Assembly: GCA_051599415.1 (NCBI GenBank) | Contig: AP039703.1 | Coordinates: 186,001 to 250,000 of the forward strand | Length of the DNA: 64,000 nt | Direction: 5' to 3' | Source of the DNA: Savitreella phatthalungensis | Lineage: Eukaryota | In this document: positions 56,598 to 64,000 of the stretch, piece by piece | Numbering within the stretch: the stretch's first letter is position 1 | Layout of the letters: each line of letters begins with the position of its first letter | The notes under the pieces: generated by a model | The model's input: only the letters and a program-made list of their open reading frames with translations | The model's database searches: none | What the model was told of the DNA's origin: nothing | Position numbers and translations under genes: made by a program

Positions 56598-59216
56598 ATG
56601 AGAGTTGCGCGCGCTACTTATCTGCTGATTACAGCAATAGTCGCTGCTGCAGCTTCAGCAGACAGCAACCTAGAGGATTCAATTACGCAGACGACACACA
56701 ATGCGGATGTTGATGTGGCATCTGAGAATCAAGCAAGGCTCTCACCGGATGCATCAGGGCAATCGATAGCTACCGCTGCATCGTCTGCGCTGGATGAGCT
56801 TCACAGCATCGAGCATCACGGATCATCAACACGTCACAAGCCGTCAAAGTTCCTCGGCTTTATACAAGCACTGTTACGGCGCTCCAAAGATCTTGATGAG
56901 AATAGTAATCACGGATCTCAGAGTAGAGGAACGGCGCACATCTCTAGTGGGAGCGCTCTAGTGCCAGTGCCAGACGAACTAGCTCGGCCAGTGGCAACTC
57001 TCAAGGAAGCATGCGAGGAGGACAACCCAGATGCGCTCTTCCTCATGGCCGACATGTCTTTCCATGGCAATTTTACATATCCGCGCTCTTTCGACGATGC
57101 ACTATTCTACTATGACCGGCTGGCTACGATAGACGGCAACGCGACCGCTCATTCTCAGCTTGCATTCCTGTACTCTACCGGATTGACGAGACATGGCGCA
57201 GATCAGGCGCTAGCAATGTTGCATCACGGCTTGGCAGCTAGCCAGGGATCGATGCGGTCCCAGATGGCGCTCGGATACAGACATCTGAATGGAATTGGCA
57301 CGTCGCCGAATTGCACACAGGCATGTGGATACTACGCACAAGCAGCAGCCCAGGCACTGCGCTGGATGCGATCAGGTCCACCAGGCGGCCTTTACTGGTC
57401 CAAACGAGGCTATCATTTCGACGAGGACTTTGGAGGTCTTTATGGAGCCACACCATCTCTGCCGCTCCATGGCGCAGTCGTGATCGATTCAGAAGACATG
57501 GACGATGTACTCGACTACCTGACCTATCTGGCAGAGAAGGGCGAAACATCCGCATGTTTCCAGCTTGCAAAGATCTACAACGAAGGCTCACGCACAGTGG
57601 CCGTAGACCCTGTCAAGTCGCTGTACTGGTTCCGACAGGTTGCAAAATCGTACTGGACAAAGGACGGCAAGACAGTCAAGAATGCAAAGGCCATGCGCTA
57701 CCATGCAAAGACTGCAGCCTACATTGGAACTGCGTACCTGCGCGGCGACGGCGTGAACCAGGACTTTGACAAGGCAAAAATGTGGTTCGGACGTGGAATC
57801 GGGCTTGGTGATCCGACCGCTCAGAACGGCCTCGGACTCATGCATCTCAATGGCTTGGGTCCAGCCAGTAAAAGTATCGTCAAAGCAGAGGAACTGTTCC
57901 GTGCTGCAGCCGATCAGGATCACAAATCGGCCCAGCTTAATCTTGCAAAGCTCCACGCTGCACGAGGCGACGTGCTGCTCGCCACACGCTTGTTCGAGAG
58001 TGCTGCTCGGGCTGGCCGTGTTGAGGCCTTCTACTATCTCGCGCAGTTCTCACAGCACGGTGTCGGCAGAGAGCCAAATTGTAATGTCGCGACATCCTAC
58101 TACAAACTCGTGGCCGAAGCAGCTGAGTCATTGCATTCGACGATCCTATACGGCAATGAAGCTTATCGCCGCGGCGACATTGACGACGCCTTGATGTCGA
58201 TGATGATAGCCGCAGAAAGTGGATACGAGGTCGGCCAGGTGAACGTGGCGTTCTTGCTTGACAAGCACAGGACACGGCTGGGTCTGCGGGAACGCTACGT
58301 GACTGGAGTCGATCGCGTCAGAAAAGCGTTGGGTCTCGGACCTCGGATGCGTGGGGCGAGCGGTGCATGGCAACTCGACAGGAATAGTGCCCTCCCACAA
58401 AATCTCCAAGACATGTCTGACGAGCTTGCCTTGCTTCACTACACTCGCGCAGCCGCACAGTCTAATTTCGAGGCACTTGCGAAAGCTGGCGACTACTACC
58501 TCGAAGGCCTTGGTACACCTGTGCCTTCACCAGACAAGGCCGTGAGTCTCTGGACGTCAGCATCCGACTCTCGTGCGGTACCTCTTGCTCTGTGGAATCT
58601 CGGTTGGGCTTACGAGAACGGAGTCGGCGTCGAGCAGGACTATCATCTCGCGAAACGGTACTACGATGCGTGTCTCGAGCAGGAGCCGAGAGCCTACTTG
58701 CCAGTGACACTCTCCCTTCTGAAGCTTCGCGCGCGATCAGCGTACAACACGATTGTTGGCGGAAAGGTCAACTCGATCAGAAGTGAGGCAGAAGATGATG
58801 ATGGCAACGTTGGAGCTCGACGTAATGCTCCGTTCACAATTACTTGGCAATCGCTGCGGCAAGGTCTGAAGCACTTCTGGAAGTCTCAATGGGAGCACAT
58901 TCAGGACGAAGAGGATACTGGCGTGGATGCAGGCATCAGAGGGTCTTCCTCGCGAGGCGGCAAGTCATCCGGACCGTCATCGACCAACTACATTGATGAC
59001 GACTACCCGGACTCCGAGAACGACCTATTCGAATCGCTTGTGATCCTCGCTATCTGTCTCACCGTCGGTATACTCTTGTTTCTCCGAGCCAACAGAACAG
59101 GTGCAGCAGGTAGAGCAGGCAATCGTGCACCAGATGCACACAGGGCTCCAGGACAATTTGACAACGATCCTCCAGACGTCCATATCGCTCAGTGGATCGG
59201 CGGCGCAGCCATCTGA
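56598..59216 (+). CDS. HRD3: ERAD adaptor Hrd3/SEL1L
   Basis: Signal peptide, many Sel1 repeats (MALGYRHLNGIG, ALWNLGWAYENGVGVEQDYHLAKRYYD) and a C-terminal TM helix. Confidence 0.92.
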   Translation: MRVARATYLLITAIVAAAASADSNLEDSITQTTHNADVDVASENQARLSPDASGQSIATAASSALDELHSIEHHGSSTRHKPSKFLGFIQALLRRSKDLDENSNHGSQSRGTAHISSGSALVPVPDELARPVATLKEACEEDNPDALFLMADMSFHGNFTYPRSFDDALFYYDRLATIDGNATAHSQLAFLYSTGLTRHGADQALAMLHHGLAASQGSMRSQMALGYRHLNGIGTSPNCTQACGYYAQAAAQALRWMRSGPPGGLYWSKRGYHFDEDFGGLYGATPSLPLHGAVVIDSEDMDDVLDYLTYLAEKGETSACFQLAKIYNEGSRTVAVDPVKSLYWFRQVAKSYWTKDGKTVKNAKAMRYHAKTAAYIGTAYLRGDGVNQDFDKAKMWFGRGIGLGDPTAQNGLGLMHLNGLGPASKSIVKAEELFRAAADQDHKSAQLNLAKLHAARGDVLLATRLFESAARAGRVEAFYYLAQFSQHGVGREPNCNVATSYYKLVAEAAESLHSTILYGNEAYRRGDIDDALMSMMIAAESGYEVGQVNVAFLLDKHRTRLGLRERYVTGVDRVRKALGLGPRMRGASGAWQLDRNSALPQNLQDMSDELALLHYTRAAAQSNFEALAKAGDYYLEGLGTPVPSPDKAVSLWTSASDSRAVPLALWNLGWAYENGVGVEQDYHLAKRYYDACLEQEPRAYLPVTLSLLKLRARSAYNTIVGGKVNSIRSEAEDDDGNVGARRNAPFTITWQSLRQGLKHFWKSQWEHIQDEEDTGVDAGIRGSSSRGGKSSGPSSTNYIDDDYPDSENDLFESLVILAICLTVGILLFLRANRTGAAGRAGNRAPDAHRAPGQFDNDPPDVHIAQWIGGAAI

Positions 59217-59522
59217 TGACATCTCAAAACACCCAAACACGAGATAAGAACCTGCCTGTGTAGACTTCAAGAGATAATGAGACATGAACTGCTGCTTAAA
59301 CCTAGGTGTAAGGTGACACTCAACGACCTTGACGTCGAACACCTCATAACGTACAGCGTTCGTGGCCCGCATTAATAGTACGCGAAGCAAAACATTCTAT
59401 TTTTGGCAATTCATATTGTCATCATAACCACTGTTAAATTGTACAGACTCCTACTTCGCGAGAAAGAGCAAGCACTGATCTAGCGTCCAGCGCATCCACC
59501 ATCGACGCTGTCGGACTGATCT

Positions 59523-60875
59523 ATGGACTCGCTGTACATTCTTGCGGCTAGCGATGGAGAAATCTTGATTGAGCATGATTGGCGAGGTCGATCGTTCCGT
59601 GACGTTGCAACTGGCTTCGCAGAGACGGTGCTGCGTCGTGGTGAGCTGGATTCCGTAACGTCTATTGAACGCTACACATGCTACAGCGTGCGTCGTGGCG
59701 ATCTGGTGTACCTGGGGGTGGGTGCGCGGGAGGTCGATGCGGTGGGCGCTCTGGACACGTTGTGTGCGGTCGACGATGCACTGCGCGCGTGTCTCCCGAC
59801 GACCGACGCGCAAGCCATCCGCACAGGCGCAGCAGCAGATTCCATCACAGAAGTCCTACACGCCTTCGCAGACGAAGCAATCCCACTCACAACCTACCCC
59901 GACCCGCTCAAAGACGTAGTCCTGCCCAAAACACTCCTCGATCGCCTCATCGGCGCGGCAGCAGGCTTGACGGGCAAGGACGGCGGCGTGCTTGCCAACG
60001 CTGTGACTGGAGCGACCGGCGGGGCTGGCGGTCTTGGAGGAGTCGGAACGGGGAAGGGGATGTCGGATGTGACGCCGTGGCGGCGGCAGGGTACGAAGTA
60101 CACTGCGAACGAGATCTTCGTGGACGTGGTGGAGGAGGTGCGATGTGTGGTGAATAAGGCTGGAAAGCTCGTGGCTTCGCAGATATCAGGCTCTGTCGAG
60201 TGTGTATCGCGGTTGTCCGGGATGCCCTCAGTAACACTCCAGCTCACACCTCCGACCGCACTCCAGTATGCTGCGGCACATCCGTCCGTCAACGCCAATG
60301 ACAAAGACGGTCTGCCACCCGCGCGTGACGGCAAAATCACATTCGTGCCGCCAGATGGCGCTTTCACCCTGCTCACCTACACGTCAGAACTGGCTACCAA
60401 CGCTGCCAATGTCCTGCCATTCAGCATGCAAAAGATGGCGCCGGCCAAAGGAGCCGCAGATGATACCATCACGATTGTACTCACCACGCGCAAGGGCTTG
60501 CCGGATTCTCTGGTTGTCGAGATCCCGCTGCCTGGCGATCTTGTGAAAGAGGCGCGCGTCCGGACGACGGCCGGAGACGCACAGCTGGAGACCGGTCTTG
60601 GTGAGGATGCGCCAGCAAAGGTCATCTGGCGGCTAGGTGAGCTTACGAAGGCCGGGACAGCAGCGGCCAAAGCAAGTCGGCACACATTGACCATCAGCGG
60701 CGTAAGCGAGGCGTCTGCAGCATTTTCTTATGCTCGCATCTCAACTGCGCCCGTGCAAGGGGCTACTGCGTCTGGTGTAAAGGTGGAATCCCTGAAGATG
60801 ACGCGAGTGGGCGACTGGAAACCGTTCAAGGGGGTCAAATACGTGACAAAGTACAAGGATACGGTATTCAGATGA
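59523..60875 (+). CDS. APM3: AP-3 adaptor complex mu subunit
   Basis: Longin N-terminus (ILIEHDWRG), PWRRQGTKYTANEIFVDVVE, FVPPDGAFTL and C-terminal KPFKGVKYVT typical of mu3. Confidence 0.85.
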   Translation: MDSLYILAASDGEILIEHDWRGRSFRDVATGFAETVLRRGELDSVTSIERYTCYSVRRGDLVYLGVGAREVDAVGALDTLCAVDDALRACLPTTDAQAIRTGAAADSITEVLHAFADEAIPLTTYPDPLKDVVLPKTLLDRLIGAAAGLTGKDGGVLANAVTGATGGAGGLGGVGTGKGMSDVTPWRRQGTKYTANEIFVDVVEEVRCVVNKAGKLVASQISGSVECVSRLSGMPSVTLQLTPPTALQYAAAHPSVNANDKDGLPPARDGKITFVPPDGAFTLLTYTSELATNAANVLPFSMQKMAPAKGAADDTITIVLTTRKGLPDSLVVEIPLPGDLVKEARVRTTAGDAQLETGLGEDAPAKVIWRLGELTKAGTAAAKASRHTLTISGVSEASAAFSYARISTAPVQGATASGVKVESLKMTRVGDWKPFKGVKYVTKYKDTVFR

Positions 60876-60913
60876 TGCTCGTCATACGTCTATCAGCCCT
60901 AGAGTGGCTGCAC

Positions 60914-61741
60914 TCATGGTACAGACTCCCCGTCAAACGTGGTCGCCACACTACCATCGGTGAAATCACCCTGGAACATCACTGCCGCCACCCAAGCACC
61001 ATCGATCTTGATCGCCTGCTCAATCCGACCGACGCGACGGTAGCCGTACTGATCCCAGAGCTTGATACTTGCGATCTATTGGTTGTCAAGTCAGCATTCA
61101 TGCGACAGAGGGAGGACAGCAGTAGTGGTCGGCCTTACGTTGGTCTCGAACACGAGGTTGTACACAGACGACCTGTATCCCAGGCGCGATGCGTAGTGCG
61201 GCATACTCCGGGCGAGCACTTTGCCATACTTTTGAGCCCGCTTGGTGATTGGTACGATGAACCCTGCGTTGCAGATGTGGGAGCAGTGTCCGATATAGTT
61301 AGGCTTGATCTGGACCGGTTGGCACCCGATGTCAGCTGCCGATCTGTTGAGAAGGCACGGAGAGTAAAGAGCGTCATACGTAGTAAGTGCCGAGCACATC
61401 AGCCTTCCAATCCCTGGAGTCGTCTAGCGAAGGACTCTCAGCGAGCATGACCACACCCGTGTATCCGAACCAGTATGCACCAAACTCCTCGTCATCCATA
61501 TGCGTGTCATGTGGGTCTATTCTTTCATCAGCTTATGAACCCACACAACTACTCAATCTTCCCAATCAAACGTACATGTGTTTTTTGCATCGACTTCAGC
61601 ACTAAAGCATTCTCGGAGGTATGTTACTAGTCCAGCTGGCGCCTCACCTTGCCGTACTGGTACCAGGTAAGCTCTGCCGGTAGTCGTCATGCAAGGTATC
61701 ACATGAAGCTTTGCCTGTGGCTTTATCGGTGATGCTCCCAT
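60914..61741 (-). CDS. GNAT N-acetyltransferase, Mpr1 (L-azetidine-2-carboxylate acetyltransferase)-like; 4 exons (61741-61576, 61516-61380, 61309-61139, 61075-60914)
   Basis: Splicing three GT-AG introns gives TYP...FGAYWF...VLGTYYIKPNYIGHCSHICNAGFIV...LGYRSSVYNLVFETNIASIKLWDQYGYRRVGRI, the Mpr1/Spt10-family pattern. Confidence 0.85.
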
Positions 61742-62224
61742 GATGAAGACCTTCTTCAGTTCGGCAAGTAAGAAGGTAACCTGGGTAGAGTCCTGCTAAA
61801 GGAGACGAAGGACGTGGGATGACATCTGTAAACTGTGTTTGTGCATCTTTCTGAAAGTTGTCGTTGTACGTCGACGTTGATTGTGGCGCCGCGCTGCATG
61901 AAGAGTTACATTTTGTGGCGAGTTTCACGTGATTCAGCTTACTCACTGAACTCAATCTAAAATATTGAATTTGTGCATTCAGTCTGATTTCATCCTAAAT
62001 TCATTCGGCAGAGGCAAGCAAGCAAGCAAGTTACAGTGAATCACTCCGATCGAGAGACACAGAATACACACACGGACAGAGAGAGAGAGCGCAAACTTCC
62101 AACACCAAGATCCAACCCGAGATCCACCGTCCAGGACAATCAGTTGAAAGAGAGCGTCGCCTTACATTAGTCAAGAAACCACATCCTCTTTTTCACTTCT
62201 CTACAGTCACCTCAAATCGCAATT

Positions 62225-62664
62225 ATGGGCGGCGGACACCAGGGCGGTTACAGTAAGTCCTATTCCTTCCGCGGCGCTAAGTCTTCTTCTGCCGACCGAG
62301 GTCTTTATTTATGAAGTGGACGTAGTTACTGACAGATTCTCCTTCAGTGGGTTGGTGGGGCTCCTTCCAGGGCGCTCGCCAGAAGGGCATCACGACGTAC
62401 TCTCTGTCGTCGTTCCAGCAGCGTGCGCTCGCTGGAGCTGCACACAACGCCGTCTTCAACACTTTCAGACGCGTCAAGAACCAGTTCCTCTACTTCGTTC
62501 CACCATTCATCGGCGCCTACTACATCTACACCTGGGCGAACGCAAAGTACGATCACCAATCCCCCTTTTTGACCAGAAGCAAGCGGCAGTACTGACATGA
62601 ACTTTTCAACAGGAATGAGTACTATAACTCAAAGGCTGGACACGCAGAACTTGCCGAACACTAG
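62225..62664 (+). CDS. QCR8: Cytochrome bc1 complex subunit 8; 3 exons (62225-62252, 62348-62546, 62613-62664)
   Basis: Spliced product GYMGWWGSFQGARQKGITTYSLSSFQQRALAGAAHNAVFNTFRRVKNQFLY...NEYYNSKAG; both introns contain TACTGAC branch sites. Confidence 0.95.
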
Positions 62665-62789
62665 AGAATGAGCGATTGAGCTGAAAGAAAGAAATGCATC
62701 ATATTGCGCTTGCTTGATACAACCTCAAGAGTCCCCTTGTCGCTTTCGTTCATCCAATCTTTTGTCCGCTTGTCCGCTCGTCCGCTCGT

Positions 62790-63995
62790 TTACAATACGC
62801 CAAAACCCTTGGGATTGAAGGATCAGGTCAGCTTCTTGCTCTGCGCGACTGCGAAAATGCTCGGTTGAACTTACCCCGAGACCTGCGCCGCCAAAGCCGC
62901 CGAGACCGCCGATGCCAGTATTGATGCAGTTGAGGCAGAGTGCCCCGATACAGGTTTGGCAAGATTGGACTCCAAGACCTCCCTATGTTTCGTGAAGCAG
63001 TTGTGTCAGTTCCTGATGTTCGAGGAGAGGCAGGCTGTTTTGTTTCCTTACAAATCCTGCACCGACGAGCGATCCACCTAACCCGAACCCGCCTCGAATG
63101 CCTGGGAAAAATCCACCGAGGCCGAGCCCAAGTCCAATACCTGAACCAAAAATGCCTAGCCCGCCGCCGAAAGGACTGAAACCGAAGCCTGCACCACCGA
63201 TCGGTAGACCTCCTAGCCCCTGTATGTGCCCACCACGTCAGTGATCGATACGAATGCGTGAGCAAGTGTGTGTGTATGGACTTACACCGAGTCCGAAGCC
63301 TAGAGGACCACCCAGACCGAGACCAAGCCCGCCTAGTCCACCAAATCCGCGGAGTCCAAATCCACCAAACCCACCAAATCCCTAGTCACCACGTCAGTCA
63401 CCATGTTCTTTTGGTGAACAGACGACTTACAAACCCGCCGAGACCTGCGGATAGGAGCAACCGTTTCTTGATACCAGTCCTTGACACTACTACTTCTGCG
63501 CTCCCAGATTTACTGGCTGGTGAAGCGTCTGGGGTGATGCAGTTGATGCACGTTGCTCCAAGACATTGTAGGCAGGATTGCCTGCCGATGCCACCTATCC
63601 CACCGCCGACGATGCCCTTGAACCCGGACACACCCCCTCCCTGCCAACGTGTCAGTGTCTGGGGTGTCTAGGTGTGGGGGAGGACGAACGATCGCTGTAG
63701 CCCTGAAGCTGAGATCAGCAGTATCGTTGGCTGCAAAGCGGGCGTTGAGAGTGGTGGTGTCGCATTGTGATGCTTGGTCGAACGACATGCCGCTCAGAAA
63801 GTGGTCAGGCAACGGATTTGCGAACACACGCTGGAAGTCTCGTGTCGTGACAGACTCGACCACAGACATCACTGCCTGGATGTCCTCAAGCCCAGAAACA
63901 TCGCCGGAGGCGGTGGTCGCGTTAGGCTGGGTGCTGGGTACTTGAGCTACGCACACGCAGGCAAGTAGAGAGAGCGTGATGGCAAAGATGAACAT
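62790..63995 (-). CDS. Secreted Gly-rich, Cys-motif precursor protein (301 aa); 6 exons (63995-63690, 63640-63431, 63381-63286, 63219-63052, 62982-62875, 62807-62790)
   Basis: Signal peptide MFIFAITLSLLACVCVA; five GT..CTGAC..AG introns, all phase 0, join into one stop-free frame with a KKR site, GLG/GFG repeats and two QSCxxCxGAxCxNCI motifs. The last intron has an AAG acceptor and is the least certain. Confidence 0.8.
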
Positions 63996-64000
63996 GGCTG

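Noticed and set aside
60868..60914. Possible tail-to-tail CDS overlap of APM3 and the GNAT gene
   Set aside because: Translating exon 4 carefully gives the stop at 60916-60914, so there is a 38-bp gap and no overlap.
60872..61450. 192-aa plus-strand ORF directly after APM3
   Set aside because: Antisense to the spliced Mpr1-like GNAT gene, which explains the region with conserved motifs.

Overview
Compact, GC-rich fungal (ascomycete) chromosome segment with about 30 mostly intronless, tightly packed protein-coding genes. These include RAD50 (3' end), MRC1, KRR1, the PKA regulatory subunit, a Ste7/Byr1 MAPKK, SPT6, UTP15, an EFM2/Rrg1-like methyltransferase, CSN12, MDM12, an SDR, CDD1, an Iec1-like zinc-finger protein, YTH1, SPF27, PPP4R2, a class-V PLP enzyme, NUP170, ATM1, a PSR phosphatase, a class III chitin synthase, Mug65/Spo73, COQ7, RMD5, HRD3, APM3, an MPR1-like GNAT and QCR8. 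Gene content and sparse short introns suggest an early-diverging ascomycete (Taphrinomycotina-like); this is inference. Four items are missed by the ORF track: (1) a six-exon gene at 62790-63995 (-) for a secreted precursor with a KKR Kex2-type site, a ~45% Gly hydrophobic C-terminal peptide and two CxxCx4CxxC motifs, with all introns in phase 0; (2) an 811-bp non-autonomous Mutator-like element with TIRs and a perfect 9-bp TSD between NUP170 and ATM1, with a CpG-poor interior; (3) a probable non-AUG-initiated N-terminal extension of an orphan PAM2-like protein; (4) 0.9-1.3 kb AUG-free leaders on signalling genes. No tRNA, rRNA or CRISPR array was recognised. Gene names come from recognised motifs, not database searches.
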